Positions 9,713 to 21,307 of a stretch of DNA of 64,000 nt are shown piece after piece. The DNA is from Pseudomonadota bacterium. GTDB taxonomy: Bacteria > Desulfobacterota > Desulfobulbia > Desulfobulbales > SURF-16. The stretch's first letter is position 1, and every line of letters starts with the position of its first letter. Location: positions 71,487 through 135,486 of the forward strand of contig JAHJKA010000048.1 of assembly GCA_018822545.1 (NCBI GenBank). Direction: 5' to 3'. A program made the translations under genes and the position numbers. A model generated the notes under the pieces. It was given only the letters and a program-made list of their open reading frames with translations. It did no database searches and was not told the DNA's origin.

Positions 9713-11878
9713 TCAGGAATATTCGCGACGGGCCAGCACTTCCCTGGGCTTAGCACCGTCGGCCGGGCCGACAATGCCTTCGCGTTCCATGGTTTCAATG
9801 ATCCGAGCCGCCCTGTTGTAGCCGATACGCAACCGGCGCTGGACCGCTGAAATAGAGGCCTGGCCAGACTCACAGACAATGGCCACAGCCTCGTCATACT
9901 TCTCGTCGTAGTCCTCACCATCAAGACCTGAAATACCAGGCTCATCCTCAACCGACTTGAGCATCGACTCATCATAGGTGGCCGAGCCCTGGCTCTTTAA
10001 AAACTCGACAATGCGTTCCGTCTCTTTTTCCGAGATATAGGCGCCGTGGATACGTTGCAGCCGTGCCGTGCCGGGAGGCAGAAACAGCATATCACCATTA
10101 CCCAGCAGATGTTCAGCGCCGGAGGCATCTAAAATAGTCCGGGAATCAATCTTGGATGAAACCTTAAACGACATCCTGGTTGGGAAATTGGCCTTAATAA
10201 GACCGGTGAGTACATCAACGGACGGGCGCTGCGTAGCCAAAATAAGATGCATTCCAGCAGCCCGGGCCATTTGGGCCAAACGGGCCACAGAGCCTTCCAC
10301 ATCCTTGGAGGAAACCATCATCAGATCGGCAAGCTCATCGATAATAATAACAATGAGGGGCAATTTCTCCTCAGCACTGTCGTTATAGGAGGCGAAACTT
10401 TTAACCCGCTCTTGTTCCATGAGCGTGTAACGGCGCTCCATCTCTTTCACTGCCCACTGCAAGGCCCTACTTGCCATCTTCGGATCAACCACCACCGGAT
10501 GAAGAAGGTGAGGAATCCCTTCGTAGCTTGAAAGTTCTATCCTTTTCGGATCAACCATGAGCAACCGCACCTCATCAGGGGTGGCCCGCATAAGAATGGA
10601 ACAGATGATGGTATTAATGGCCACACTCTTGCCAGCGCCGGTGGCCCCGGCAATGAGGAGATGGGGCATCCGGGCCAGATCGGCGGTGACAGGATTGCCA
10701 ATTACATCCATGCCCAGCCCCAGGGTAAGCATGGAACGGGCCTGTTGAAATCTTGGGGTGGACATGATGTCACGGACGTAGACAATTTTCCGAATGGGAT
10801 TAGGTATCTCAATCCCAAGGGCGGCCTTGCCAGGGATGGAACCAACAACCCGAACACTCTCAGCCTTTAACACCAGGGCCAGATCATCGGCCAAATTAAC
10901 AACCTTATTGATCTTGACCCCGGCCGCGGGCTCAAACTCATAGGTGGTAACAACCGGGCCTGGAGAAATACCGGTGACCTTGCCCCGCACGCCAAACTCA
11001 TCAAGTTTGGCCTCAAGAAGCATACTGACCGAGAGGTAATGTTCCTTGTCGACAAACACTTCCTCATTTGAGGGCTTGTCAAGGAGAGCCAGGGTGGGCA
11101 ACTGATACTCACCAGGCTCAACAGGGAGAGGCTCAAACTCCCTCTCATCGTCATCCATCGTCAGACTGATGGGTTCTTTCACCGCCGGCATAATACGCGG
11201 CCCATCCACCGGGGGTTCCTTTCTCTTTCTGGTATTATTCCGAGGCCTGGACTTTTCTTCTGTGGTTACTTGCAGTGCCTCGTCATGATCAATGCGGCGG
11301 GCGCGCCAGAAAATCCATATTCCCCGAATACTGGAAACAATCCATCTGGAAACCAGATAAGGAGAAAAACGCAAAAGCACCATGAACGACAGAAAAAAGA
11401 GAGCAAAGGCAAAAAGAACCGCTCCTGGTCCGCCAAAATAGGCGGCAGTAAGAGCATACACCTTATTGCCAAGATAACCCCCAAGGGGATAGACCCGATC
11501 AAGAAGAGAAATTTCGTGCAGACCAATGGCAGCCAACATGGTTGAGCTAGCCACCATGAGTCCGGTACAGCCCAGAATGATATAGGGCAGGCGGTTAACA
11601 ACGGCGTCAGGGACAAAAAGGGACAAAGAAAGAAGGATGAGCAGAAAAGGTATCCAGAAAGACGAAAAACCGACAAAACTCATCAGGGCGGTGGCCAAGA
11701 GTTGGCCCACGGCACCGCCCCAGTTGGCGATTTCGTTGGAACTCCCCGGCACAGAGAAGCTGACCAAGGACAGCAAGAAGAAAAGCGACACAACCAGCCC
11801 AAGAACAGCTATGATCTCCAAGCCGAAATGGGGCCGAAATTCACCAGCCAGGTTTTCCTTTGCGTCGTGAGTTGCCAT
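9713..11878 (-). CDS. ftsK: DNA translocase FtsK
   Basis: N-terminal TM domain, PHLLIAGATGAGKS, IDELADLM, ATQRPSVDV, gamma domain QRRLRIGYNRAAR. Confidence 0.96.
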   Translation of the reverse strand: MATHDAKENLAGEFRPHFGLEIIAVLGLVVSLFFLLSLVSFSVPGSSNEIANWGGAVGQLLATALMSFVGFSSFWIPFLLILLSLSLFVPDAVVNRLPYIILGCTGLMVASSTMLAAIGLHEISLLDRVYPLGGYLGNKVYALTAAYFGGPGAVLFAFALFFLSFMVLLRFSPYLVSRWIVSSIRGIWIFWRARRIDHDEALQVTTEEKSRPRNNTRKRKEPPVDGPRIMPAVKEPISLTMDDDEREFEPLPVEPGEYQLPTLALLDKPSNEEVFVDKEHYLSVSMLLEAKLDEFGVRGKVTGISPGPVVTTYEFEPAAGVKINKVVNLADDLALVLKAESVRVVGSIPGKAALGIEIPNPIRKIVYVRDIMSTPRFQQARSMLTLGLGMDVIGNPVTADLARMPHLLIAGATGAGKSVAINTIICSILMRATPDEVRLLMVDPKRIELSSYEGIPHLLHPVVVDPKMASRALQWAVKEMERRYTLMEQERVKSFASYNDSAEEKLPLIVIIIDELADLMMVSSKDVEGSVARLAQMARAAGMHLILATQRPSVDVLTGLIKANFPTRMSFKVSSKIDSRTILDASGAEHLLGNGDMLFLPPGTARLQRIHGAYISEKETERIVEFLKSQGSATYDESMLKSVEDEPGISGLDGEDYDEKYDEAVAIVCESGQASISAVQRRLRIGYNRAARIIETMEREGIVGPADGAKPREVLARREYS

Positions 11879-11947
11879 TCATCCCCTTCTGAATATTTTA
11901 ATGATACATAAAAAAAGACTACGATCGCGTATAAGGCCGCAGACCTC

Positions 11948-12364
11948 TTAGTTATTAACCGCCCTGGTTTTACAGAACGCATCCAGGATACCGTTAATAA
12001 ATGCCGGCCCGTCATCGGTACTGAAACGTTTGGCTATTTCAACGGCCTCGTCCACGGCCACGGCATCCGGCACATCATCGACATGGAGCATCTCGTAAAA
12101 AGCAACACGCAGAATATTACGATCAACCACCGCCATCCTGCTCACCTGCCAGTTTTCGGAATGGGTCGTAATAAGGGTGTCGAGTTCGTCAAGGTGGGTC
12201 TTAATCCCTCCCACCAGCAGGTTACCATACTCAACTGCCTTTTTGGTGGCCTGAAAATTCTGGATAATCATGTCGATATCCGCATCAGGATTACCGCTCT
12301 GATCAATCTGGTAGAGGCATTGCAGGGCAAGCTCACGGGCCTTTCGGCGTAATCCTTTCATCAT
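11948..12364 (-). CDS. nusB: Transcription antitermination factor NusB
   Basis: RRKARELALQ.LY, DRNILR, EAVEIAK.F, FINGILD. Confidence 0.95.
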   Translation of the reverse strand: MMKGLRRKARELALQCLYQIDQSGNPDADIDMIIQNFQATKKAVEYGNLLVGGIKTHLDELDTLITTHSENWQVSRMAVVDRNILRVAFYEMLHVDDVPDAVAVDEAVEIAKRFSTDDGPAFINGILDAFCKTRAVNN

Positions 12365-12447
12365 TTTTCACTGGTTGTAAAAACCAGAAAGGACACGTCG
12401 ATCTCGTGATCAGACGCGCCCCTTCGAGTGTTTAATGGAATTAATTC

Positions 12448-12912
12448 TTAAAACTGGGCAAGGAGATTAACCATCTCAATGGCGGTCATTGCACAGTCTG
12501 AGCCCTTGTTACCGGCCTTGGTTCCGGCCCGTTCAATGGCCTGCTCAATGGTATCGGTGGTAAGGATGCCGAAGATGATGGGCAAATCAGCGTCCATACC
12601 AGCCATGGCTATACCTTTGGCCGCTTCATTGGCGACAAAATCAAAATGGGGTGTGGCGCCGCGGATGACAGCGCCCAGACAGATTATCGCATCATAACGC
12701 CCGGAGCGCGCCATCTTCTGCGCCACCAGCGGAATCTCATAGGCCCCCGGTACCCGGAGAACCTCGATATCAGCATCGCTGGCACCAGAGCGGGTCAGGG
12801 TATCCATAGCCCCTTCAAGGAGGCGTTCGCCAATGAAACTGTTAAAACGAGCGACAATAATGCCGAACTTCTTGCCCGCCGCATTTAAATTTCCTTCAAT
12901 AAATTTTGCCAT
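12448..12912 (-). CDS. ribH: 6,7-dimethyl-8-ribityllumazine synthase
   Basis: [33 protein letters not shown]. Confidence 0.96.
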   Translation of the reverse strand: MAKFIEGNLNAAGKKFGIIVARFNSFIGERLLEGAMDTLTRSGASDADIEVLRVPGAYEIPLVAQKMARSGRYDAIICLGAVIRGATPHFDFVANEAAKGIAMAGMDADLPIIFGILTTDTIEQAIERAGTKAGNKGSDCAMTAIEMVNLLAQF

Positions 12913-12985
12913 TATTTCTCTCCAAGGAGGAATTAATCAATCAATTAAGGGTACAGGTCGAAGTCATTTCCTGCTCAACATCCTG

Positions 12986-14194
12986 CTAATCGTCAAATTT
13001 CAGCAAATGTCCCATTTTATCACGTTTACACTGCAGATAACCTAAATTTTCAGGCACCGGAGCACACTCAATGGCCACCCGATCAACGACTTCGATACCA
13101 TACCCCTCGAGACCGACGATCTTTTTAGGGTTATTGGTCATAAGTTTCATCTTCCGCACCCCGAGGTCACGGAGAATCTGAGCGCCGATACCATAGTCAC
13201 GAAGATCAGCCTTGAAACCAAGCTCAAGATTGGCCTCAACCGTGTCCATTCCCTGATCCTGCAGGGCATAGGCTTTGATCTTGTTAACAAGACCGATGCC
13301 GCGCCCCTCCTGATGCATATAAAGGATGATGCCCCTGCCCTCCCGGCCCACCATCTGCATGGCGGCATGAAGTTGGCTTCCGCAATCGCAGCGCATGGAA
13401 CCAAAGACATCGCCGGTGAGACACTCGGAATGGACGCGGACCAAAACGGGCTCATCGGCTTCAATATCACCCTTCACCAGGGCAATATGCTCAAAACCAT
13501 CAACATCGTTGGTATACACAATCGCCTTGAACTCACCACCGAAACGGGTAGGCATCTTGGTCTCGGCAGCCCGATGGACCAAGGTATCCTTCTGCATTCT
13601 GTAGGCAATTAGATCAGCGATGGTGGCAATCTTCAGATCATGCTCTTTGGCAAAAATCTCAAGATCTGGCATCCTGGCCATGGTGCCGTCATCCTTCATA
13701 ATTTCGCAGATAACGCCGGCAGGGGTCAATCCGGACAGCCGGCAAATATCAACAGAGCCCTCGGTTTGACCGGTGCGCACCAATACTCCGCCGGGTCGAG
13801 CCCGAAGCGGAAAGATATGGCCGGGACTGACAAGATCTGAAGGTTTAACATCAGGACCAACAGCAACCTGAATTGTCCGTGCCCGATCAGCAGCGGAAAT
13901 ACCGGTGGTAACACCGGATCTTGCCTCAATGGAAACAGTGAAAGCCGTCTCAAAGGGTGAGGTGTTATCACGGACCATCATGGGAATTTTAAGTTTCTCT
14001 AGGTGATCCGGAGTAAGGGTGAGACAGATGAGACCACGACCATGGGTTGCCATAAAATTAATGGCATCCGGGGTGGCCATCTGGGCGGCCATAAAAAGAT
14101 CCCCTTCATTCTCACGGTCTTCATCGTCAACCAGGATGATCATCTTCCCGGCCCTGATATCTTCAAGAACTTCTTCTATGGAACTGACAGCCAT
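12986..14194 (-). CDS. ribBA: DHBP synthase / GTP cyclohydrolase II
   Basis: [10 protein letters not shown]; [19 protein letters not shown]. Confidence 0.96.
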   Translation of the reverse strand: MAVSSIEEVLEDIRAGKMIILVDDEDRENEGDLFMAAQMATPDAINFMATHGRGLICLTLTPDHLEKLKIPMMVRDNTSPFETAFTVSIEARSGVTTGISAADRARTIQVAVGPDVKPSDLVSPGHIFPLRARPGGVLVRTGQTEGSVDICRLSGLTPAGVICEIMKDDGTMARMPDLEIFAKEHDLKIATIADLIAYRMQKDTLVHRAAETKMPTRFGGEFKAIVYTNDVDGFEHIALVKGDIEADEPVLVRVHSECLTGDVFGSMRCDCGSQLHAAMQMVGREGRGIILYMHQEGRGIGLVNKIKAYALQDQGMDTVEANLELGFKADLRDYGIGAQILRDLGVRKMKLMTNNPKKIVGLEGYGIEVVDRVAIECAPVPENLGYLQCKRDKMGHLLKFDD

Positions 14195-14245
14195 ACCAAC
14201 ATACCTATTTATTTTGCGGACACCCCTTGCGCGGTGTTCATATTA

Positions 14246-14905
14246 TTATTTCAAAAAACCATTTTCCGCTAAAAAGGCAGGATTAATGCCGTGACAGGCA
14301 TTTTCTCCCTCTGCAGTTTTTGCGAAAAGTAATTTCTCAACATACTTTCCGATAAGATCCACCTCAATATTGACCTCTGCGCCCTGATTAAGCGAACCCA
14401 GGCTGGTTATCTCCAAGGTATGAGGTATAATTGCGACATTAAAGGTGGAAGTGTCGCAACCATTCACCGTCAGGCTGATGCCATCAATGGTAATTGAACC
14501 CTTTTCAATGATATAGCGTCCACACCCTTTAGGGATTGCAAAGACAAAACGGACAAAATCACCCTCAGGCTTCCGGGAGAGGACCTTTGAGATACCATCC
14601 ACATGGCCGCTGACCATATGGCCGCCCAAACGATCGCTTAACCGTAAGGCACGTTCCAGGTTTAGTAAAGAGCCGGTGGCCTTATCTCCTAGATTTGTTC
14701 GTGACAAGCTCTCAGGAGAGACGTCTACAGCAAAACGGCGGCCCTTGATTTCCTTAGCGGTGAGACAGACACCGTTACAGGCGATGGACTCGCCCTCTTG
14801 CGGATCGGGCAGATCAAAATCCGCCTCAATAACAAAAAGCATGCCGCCACCACTTGGCCTTTTTTCGAGGAGACGGCCCTTGCCTTGAATAATTCCTGTA
14901 AACAT
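14246..14905 (-). CDS. ribE: Riboflavin synthase alpha chain
   Basis: MFTGII N-terminus (ATG 14905); GGHMVSGHVD; NIEVD. Confidence 0.95.
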   Translation of the reverse strand: MFTGIIQGKGRLLEKRPSGGGMLFVIEADFDLPDPQEGESIACNGVCLTAKEIKGRRFAVDVSPESLSRTNLGDKATGSLLNLERALRLSDRLGGHMVSGHVDGISKVLSRKPEGDFVRFVFAIPKGCGRYIIEKGSITIDGISLTVNGCDTSTFNVAIIPHTLEITSLGSLNQGAEVNIEVDLIGKYVEKLLFAKTAEGENACHGINPAFLAENGFLK

Positions 14906-14955
14906 TGTGCTTCCTGTCTGGAGCGCCTGCCCCGTTGCCATCACTCAAAAATTCT

Positions 14956-16065
14956 CTACTGGCTAAAAAATCCCTCAACCAGGACATCATTACCGAAACG
15001 CTTTACCCTACTGGTCTGAAAACGCCGACCGTGCCGGACGTCTGAAATGCCAAGATCACCCACAACAGGAATCGACCCGTTACCCAAGAAAAGCGGCGCC
15101 ATAAAAAGGCTGACCTGATCCACCAGACCCTCTTTCAAAAATGAGGTATGAATAGCACTACCGCCCTCAACAAGCAAACTATTATGGCCCTCTTTACCCA
15201 AGGCCAACAAAACCTCACGCAAATCAAGCCTGCCGCTGGTTTCTGCAACTTCAATGACCCTGGCACCAACCATTTCCAGAGCCTGCCGTTTCTTTTTATC
15301 AGCGTTCACCCTGCAGAAAATCAAGGTCTGGGCAGCTGATTTCTGGCTGAGCATTCCAGCCCCCGGTGACATGCGCAACGAACTGTCCAAAACAACACGC
15401 AAGGGATCCTGGCCCTTGCCACTCGGCAGGCGAGTTGTCAGGGATGGATCATCGTTCAGGGCGGTATCAACTCCCACCAAGATAGCATCAACCCTATCCC
15501 GCAAACGATGCACCTCACGACGGGACTCCTCACTGGTAATCCAGGCACAACGGCCGTCAGCCGCTGCAATACGACCATCAAGGCTACAACCTGCCTTCAT
15601 GATGACCCAGGGCAAGCCGGTGGTGATATGCTTAATAAAAGGCCGGTTGATGGCCCGACACTCGGCAGCCAGCAATTCACCCGCAACCTGCACGCCTTGG
15701 CTTTCAAGAAAATGGCAGCCACTACCGGAGACCAGGGGATTAGGATCCACCATGCCCACAACGACCCTGGCTATGCCGTGTTTAAGAATATCCTGAGTGC
15801 AGGGCGGTGTCTTGCCCGTATGGTTACAAGGTTCCAGAGTGACATACAGCGTCGCCCCCTTCGCCTTCTTCCCCGCCATACGTAAGGCATGTACCTCTGC
15901 ATGGGGGGTACCGGCCTTCTGGTGGTAGCCCTGGCCGATAATCTTGCTGTTTTTAACCACCACGGCGCCGACGAGAGGGTTGGGTGAGGTGCGACCAACA
16001 GCCTTTTGGGCAAGCTTTAAGGCCTGCTTCATAAAAGGCAGGTCAGAGTCAGACGCCAGCCTCAT
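14956..16065 (-). CDS. ribD: Riboflavin biosynthesis deaminase/reductase
   Basis: SPNPLVG, HAE, TLEPC.H.G.TPPC, VEGG; start uncertain (16032-16080). Confidence 0.94.
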   Translation of the reverse strand: MRLASDSDLPFMKQALKLAQKAVGRTSPNPLVGAVVVKNSKIIGQGYHQKAGTPHAEVHALRMAGKKAKGATLYVTLEPCNHTGKTPPCTQDILKHGIARVVVGMVDPNPLVSGSGCHFLESQGVQVAGELLAAECRAINRPFIKHITTGLPWVIMKAGCSLDGRIAAADGRCAWITSEESRREVHRLRDRVDAILVGVDTALNDDPSLTTRLPSGKGQDPLRVVLDSSLRMSPGAGMLSQKSAAQTLIFCRVNADKKKRQALEMVGARVIEVAETSGRLDLREVLLALGKEGHNSLLVEGGSAIHTSFLKEGLVDQVSLFMAPLFLGNGSIPVVGDLGISDVRHGRRFQTSRVKRFGNDVLVEGFFSQ

Positions 16066-16522
16066 CTTCCTCGGCCCCAAGCAAGCCTTTCAGCTCATCC
16101 ATAAATTCGTTAAGATCTTTAAACTGACGATAGACTGAGGCAAAACGCACATAGGCCACCTCATCAAGCTTGCGCAGACCGTCCATAATTCTGGCCCCGA
16201 CCAGCTTCACCGGAATTTCACGCTCGCCCATATCCTGAAGATCACGTTCCAGGGCATCGACAAACTCTTCGATATCTGTCATGGAAACCGGGCGTTTCTC
16301 GCAGGCTTTTTTGAGCCCATCAACCACCTTGGTTCGTTCCCATGCCTCCCGGCGACCATCCTTTTTAATGAGCATGGGCATGGTTACTTCCAAACGCTCA
16401 TAGGTGGTAAAACGCCGCTCACACGACTCACATTTCCGCCGCCTGCGGGTAATGGTGTATTCTTTGTTCAGACGTGAATCAACCACCTTGTTTTCCAGGT
16501 GGCCGCAGTATGGGCATTTCAT
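16049..16522 (-). CDS. nrdR: Transcriptional repressor NrdR
   Basis: [29 protein letters not shown]. Confidence 0.96.
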   Translation of the reverse strand: MKCPYCGHLENKVVDSRLNKEYTITRRRRKCESCERRFTTYERLEVTMPMLIKKDGRREAWERTKVVDGLKKACEKRPVSMTDIEEFVDALERDLQDMGEREIPVKLVGARIMDGLRKLDEVAYVRFASVYRQFKDLNEFMDELKGLLGAEEDEAGV

Positions 16523-16540
16523 ATCATATCCTCGCTGCTC

Positions 16541-17014
16541 TCACTTTCCAGAATCGAGTTTAACCACTTCAATCCCGGCCTCAGCCAGCATCTCGTCGGC
16601 CAGGGCATCGGGGTAGCCTTCTGCATAATAAATGGTTTTAATCTTGGCATTAATCAACATCTTGCTGCAGATTGAACAGGGCATATTAGTGCAGTAGAGA
16701 CTTGAACCCTCAATGGAAACACCATGGGTGGAGGCCTGGACAATGGCATTCTGCTCGGCATGGAGACCCCGGCAGAGTTCATGCCGTTCACCGGAAGGCA
16801 CCTGCAACTGGTCACGCAGGCAACCCACCAGATCACAGTGGCGAATACCGGCGGGCACCCCGTTATAGCCTGTGGCAATAATTCTCTTGTCCCGGACAAT
16901 AATCGCCCCCACCTTCCGCCTCGTACAGGTGGAACGCTCGGCAACATGTTCAGTGATGGAAAGAAAATACTCGTCCCAGGAAGGCCTTTGTTGTTGCGCC
17001 ATGTTACTCGTCAT
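16541..17014 (-). CDS. Cytidine/dCMP deaminase family protein (ComEB-like)
   Basis: [23 protein letters not shown]; start 17014 or 17002. Confidence 0.9.
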   Translation of the reverse strand: MTSNMAQQQRPSWDEYFLSITEHVAERSTCTRRKVGAIIVRDKRIIATGYNGVPAGIRHCDLVGCLRDQLQVPSGERHELCRGLHAEQNAIVQASTHGVSIEGSSLYCTNMPCSICSKMLINAKIKTIYYAEGYPDALADEMLAEAGIEVVKLDSGK

Positions 17015-18263
17015 AATCTCTGGCAATCTCAGGGTAGAGAGGAAATTCCTCGCAGAGCATGCGAACCTCAACCCGAATGCGACCAAGCTCCTCTTTATTC
17101 AAACGATTTTCAATGGCCCGATTGATCCATTCACCAATCTTTTCCATCTCAGCTTCTTTCAGGCCACGGGTGGTCACTGCCGGGGTTCCTATGCGGATAC
17201 CACCAGTGACAAAACGGCTCTGGGTATCAAAGGGAATGGCGTTTTTATTGACAGTAAGGCCCGCAGCCTCCAGGGCCTCTTCCGCATCCTTGCCGGTGAT
17301 CTTTTTATTATTCATATCAACCAAGACAAGATGGTTGTCAGAACCGCCAGATACCAGACGAAAACCATAGGACTGCAACTTCGTGGCAAGGACCTTGGTA
17401 TTTGCCACCACCTGCCTCTGGTAGACCTTGAACTCATCACTCATAGCCTCTTTAAAGGCCACGGCCTTAGCGGCGATGACATGCACCAAAGGGCCCCCCT
17501 GGATACCAGGGAATATTTTCGAATTGAGCTTCTTGCCATACTCTTCATCCGCCAAAATCAGACCGCCACGAGGACCGCGCATGGTCTTATGGGTGGTGGT
17601 GGTGACGAACTGGGCATGACCAATGGGGGAAGGATGAACACCAGCAGCAACAAGACCTGCTATATGGGCCATATCCACCATAAACAGAGCGCCTACCTTG
17701 TCAGCAATGGCTCTGAACCCAGGAAAATCAATGACACGGGGATAGGCGGAGGCGCCGGCTACGATGAGTTTCGGCTTTACTGTTTCGGCCAGCCGTTCCA
17801 CCTCGGCCATATCTATCTGCTCGGTCTCCTTATTCAGACCATAAGAGGTAAAATCATAGAGTTCCCCGGAAAAACTCACCGAGGCGCCATGGGTGAGATG
17901 ACCACCATGTGCCAAATCCATTCCAAGGACCTTATCCCCGGGCTTCAGACAGGCAAAATAAACCGCCATATTGGCCTGGCTACCGGAGTGGGGCTGCACA
18001 TTGGCATAGGGAGCATCAAAGAGCTTGCGAGCCCTGGCAATGGCAAGAGACTCTACCTCATCAGCGTATTCACAGCCGCCGTAATAGCGCTTGTTGGGAT
18101 AGCCCTCGGCATATTTGTTGGTGAAGATAGAGCCTTGGGCTTCAAGGACAGCTGTCGAAACTATATTTTCCGAAGCGATGAGCTCAAGTTGGTTGGTTTG
18201 ACGCTCCAACTCGAAACGAACAGCACGGAAAATTTCAGGGTCACTCTTTTTTAATGATGACAT
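17004..18263 (-). CDS. glyA: Serine hydroxymethyltransferase
   Basis: [27 protein letters not shown]. Confidence 0.97.
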   Translation of the reverse strand: MSSLKKSDPEIFRAVRFELERQTNQLELIASENIVSTAVLEAQGSIFTNKYAEGYPNKRYYGGCEYADEVESLAIARARKLFDAPYANVQPHSGSQANMAVYFACLKPGDKVLGMDLAHGGHLTHGASVSFSGELYDFTSYGLNKETEQIDMAEVERLAETVKPKLIVAGASAYPRVIDFPGFRAIADKVGALFMVDMAHIAGLVAAGVHPSPIGHAQFVTTTTHKTMRGPRGGLILADEEYGKKLNSKIFPGIQGGPLVHVIAAKAVAFKEAMSDEFKVYQRQVVANTKVLATKLQSYGFRLVSGGSDNHLVLVDMNNKKITGKDAEEALEAAGLTVNKNAIPFDTQSRFVTGGIRIGTPAVTTRGLKEAEMEKIGEWINRAIENRLNKEELGRIRVEVRMLCEEFPLYPEIARDYDE

Positions 18264-18381
18264 GGGATGTACGAATATAGGTAATGAGACAGCATGGACA
18301 AAAAACCGTGGGGGATATCAAGCCACGAATCTTCACTTTGCTTTTTCTCTTATTTGTAGTGTGGGCTAAAATACTCTTTAG

Positions 18382-18807
18382 CTAAGAAAACATTTCAATT
18401 CTACTCAAATGGCGTCCGCCGCCAAATGCGGTGTTCACCCAGGTGGAGACGATTTCAAGGGCCAAACCAGGCCCGACAACGCGAGCACCAAGACAGAGAA
18501 CATTCGCATCATTATGCTCACGGCTCATCCGGGCCGTAAAAAGCTCATGACAAAGGGCCGCCCGAATCTCGCGGTGTCTGTTGGCAGCCATGGACATGCC
18601 GATGCCAGTGCCGCAGATCAGAATACCCCGCTCGCAGCCGCCATCGGTAATGGCCTTACAGACGGCCTCGGCAAAATCGGGGTAATTCACCGAATCAAGT
18701 GAATTCGTGCCTAAATTCACGACCTCATGCCCCATATTCTGAAGAAGAACAACGATCTCCTCTTTCAGCTGAAAGCCGCCGTGGTCACAACCTATTGCAA
18801 TCTTCAC
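18382..18807 (-). CDS. rpiB: Ribose-5-phosphate isomerase B
   Basis: DHGG, CGTGIG, REHNDAN, F.GGRH. Confidence 0.95.
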   Translation of the reverse strand: MKIAIGCDHGGFQLKEEIVVLLQNMGHEVVNLGTNSLDSVNYPDFAEAVCKAITDGGCERGILICGTGIGMSMAANRHREIRAALCHELFTARMSREHNDANVLCLGARVVGPGLALEIVSTWVNTAFGGGRHLSRIEMFS

Positions 18808-18811
18808 CAGA

Positions 18812-20053
18812 TCAGCCCTCGAAACGTTTCATGATAATGACGGCATTGGTGCCGCCAAAACCAAAAGAATTGGACATAGCAGCCCGTATTTTCATCTCTC
18901 TGGCACTGCCAGGAATATAATCCAGATCACATTCCGGATCAGGGTTCTCAAGATTGGCCGTGGGTGGCGCAATCTGATGATGCAAGGATAGAGCGGTAAA
19001 GACCGCTTCAATACCACCGGCACCGCCCAGCATATGACCTGTCATGGATTTTGTAGAACTGATGGCAAGTTTCCTGGCATGCTCACCGTAAACACCCTTA
19101 ATAGCCCTGGTCTCCACCACATCGTTCAAGGGAGTTGAGGTGCCGTGGGCATTGATATAATCAATATCTTCTGGATTCATCTTGGCGTCTTGCAGGGCCA
19201 TCTGCATGCAGCGAATGGCACCATTACCGTCTTCAGGAGGAGCAGCAATGTGGTAGCCGTCACCGGACAGACCGTAGCCTGCCATCTCTGCGTAAATCTT
19301 GGCGCCCCTGGCCTTGGCATGTTCCAACTCTTCAAGGATAAGAATTCCGCCTCCCTCTGCGATAATAAAACCATTACGGTCACGATCAAAGGGGCGTGAA
19401 GCATGTTCTGGGTCATCGTTGCGCTTGGACAGGGCCTTCATGGCGTTAAAACCGCCCACTGCCAGAGGGCAGACAACAGACTCACTGCCACCGGTAAAGG
19501 CAACATCACAATAGCCGCCAGCAATCATGCGGTACGCTTCACCAACGGCGTGCGTACCTGCGGCACAAGCGGTGGTGGTGGACATGTTAGGCCCCTTGGT
19601 CTTATGAAAAATGGAAATCTGGCCTGCAGCCATATTAGGAATCACCATGGGAATAAAGAAAGGGGTAATCTTCCTGGGCCCCCGTTCCATGCAGATCAGG
19701 CTATATTTTTCAATGGCGGGAAGTCCGCCCATACCACAACCAACAATGGAGCCGACCCGGGTGGCGTTTGCTTCGGTCACACCAAAACCAGAATCATCCA
19801 GAGCCATCTTTGCAGCACCGAGGGCATATTGAACAAAGAGTTCAATATGCTTTGCCTCCTTTGCCTCCATGAAGTCTTCGACATTAAAGTCTTTGACCTC
19901 AGCGGCGATCTGCACCGGAAAATCACTGGCGTCAAATCGGGTAATCATGCCAACCCCTGACTTGCCAGCGCAAAGTCCATCCCAGGTTTTCTTTACACCC
20001 GTACCAAGCGGTGTAACCAGGCCAACACCAGTAACCACAACTCTTCGAGCCAT
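18812..20053 (-). CDS. fabF: Beta-ketoacyl-ACP synthase II
   Basis: RRVVVTG start (ATG 20053), TACA, NAHGTST, KSMTGH, NSFGFGG. Confidence 0.96.
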   Translation of the reverse strand: MARRVVVTGVGLVTPLGTGVKKTWDGLCAGKSGVGMITRFDASDFPVQIAAEVKDFNVEDFMEAKEAKHIELFVQYALGAAKMALDDSGFGVTEANATRVGSIVGCGMGGLPAIEKYSLICMERGPRKITPFFIPMVIPNMAAGQISIFHKTKGPNMSTTTACAAGTHAVGEAYRMIAGGYCDVAFTGGSESVVCPLAVGGFNAMKALSKRNDDPEHASRPFDRDRNGFIIAEGGGILILEELEHAKARGAKIYAEMAGYGLSGDGYHIAAPPEDGNGAIRCMQMALQDAKMNPEDIDYINAHGTSTPLNDVVETRAIKGVYGEHARKLAISSTKSMTGHMLGGAGGIEAVFTALSLHHQIAPPTANLENPDPECDLDYIPGSAREMKIRAAMSNSFGFGGTNAVIIMKRFEG

Positions 20054-20126
20054 AATATCCCTCTTTGAATCACGAAACCCGCCCACGCGGCAGGTCAACG
20101 AAGAATCTCCCCTTCTAAAACGGCAG

Positions 20127-20168
20127 AAAACGCCTTACCGTGCCATCGTAATGGCACGGATAAGGCGT
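20127..20168 (-). terminator. Hairpin between acpP and fabF (partial terminator or mRNA stabiliser)
   Basis: ACGCCTTA(T)CCGTGCCAT-TACG-ATGGCACGGTAAGGCGT-TTT on the minus strand. Confidence 0.65.
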
Positions 20169-20218
20169 AACAGTGATTCCACCGACACAAGGTCAATCCG
20201 GCTTGGGCCGGAAGCATG

Positions 20219-20446
20219 TTATAACTTCTGGATATGATCAATAGCAGCTTGTACCGTGGTAATTTTTTCAGCAACTTCGTCAGGAATCTCAGTGTCAAAT
20301 GCCTCTTCCATGGCCATGATCAGCTCAACCAGATCCAGAGAGTCAGCGCCGAGATCATCGACAAAAGAAGCTGAAGGGACAACCTTAGCTTTATCTACAC
20401 TCAATTGTTCTGCAATAATATCAATAAGTTTCGCATCAACAGACAT
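20219..20446 (-). CDS. acpP: Acyl carrier protein
   Basis: [12 protein letters not shown] phosphopantetheine motif. Confidence 0.97.
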   Translation of the reverse strand: MSVDAKLIDIIAEQLSVDKAKVVPSASFVDDLGADSLDLVELIMAMEEAFDTEIPDEVAEKITTVQAAIDHIQKL

Positions 20447-20546
20447 AATAAGTTCTCCTTAAATAGATGTCTTATAAATCGACTATAAAAGAGCCGATGG
20501 TACTTCAATTTTTAAAATCAGACAATAACCAGAATTGTTTTTTTCA

Positions 20547-21293
20547 CTACCCCATGAACATGCCGCCATTTACATGGATAAACTGACCGGTGATGTAACG
20601 GGCGTCATCAGAGGCCAGAAAGGCAACTGCTGCTGCCACATCATCAGCTTTGCCCATGGATTTCATGGGAATCTCATTTAAAATAATCTCTTTGACCGTG
20701 TCAGGCAGATCCTTGGTCATATCGGTATCGATATAGCCAGGCGCCACGCCGTTCACCGTGATATTACGGGAGGCAAGCTCCTTGGCCAGGGAACGGGTAA
20801 GACCGACAAGACCCGCCTTAGCTGCCGAATAATTGGCCTGACCGGCATTACCAGCAAAACCTATCACCGAGGTGATGTTAATAATCGAGCCGGCGCGCTG
20901 CTTCATCATGGGCCTATTGACGGCTTTAATACAGTTGAAGGCACCCTTGAGGTTCGTATCCATAACCAGATCCCAATCCTCCTCCTTCATCTTCATAAAA
21001 AGACCATCACGGGTGATACCGGCATTGTTTACCAACACATCGATACGGCCATGATCCTCAAGAATCTTTTTAAAGGCAGCCTCCACAGCTGCGCTGTCAG
21101 CCACATTAAACGGGTAGATAGCTGCTTTGCCGCCTGCCTTTTCCACCTCGTCCGCGGTTTGCTGCGCGGCATCTGGACGGCTCACATAATTAATAATAAC
21201 AGTGGCACCCAGGCGACCAAGACGCAGACAAACTGCCTTGCCGATTCCTCGACTACCACCGGTAACAACAGCAACCTTTCCAGTCAAATCCAT
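20547..21293 (-). CDS. fabG: 3-oxoacyl-ACP reductase
   Basis: TGGSRGIG, NNAGITRD, YSAAK; fab cluster context. Confidence 0.95.
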   Translation of the reverse strand: MDLTGKVAVVTGGSRGIGKAVCLRLGRLGATVIINYVSRPDAAQQTADEVEKAGGKAAIYPFNVADSAAVEAAFKKILEDHGRIDVLVNNAGITRDGLFMKMKEEDWDLVMDTNLKGAFNCIKAVNRPMMKQRAGSIINITSVIGFAGNAGQANYSAAKAGLVGLTRSLAKELASRNITVNGVAPGYIDTDMTKDLPDTVKEIILNEIPMKSMGKADDVAAAVAFLASDDARYITGQFIHVNGGMFMG

Positions 21294-21307
21294 AGTACCA
21301 CCTAAGG

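Noticed and set aside
16872-18254. 460-aa plus-strand ORF (also 23348-24097, 43225-43878, 63161-63802 and similar)
   Set aside because: Antisense shadows of well-supported genes (glyA, ACAD, der, maeA) with no protein motifs.
12448-18381. FMN or glycine riboswitch for the rib genes or glyA
   Set aside because: Intergenic gaps are short and contain no recognisable aptamer consensus.
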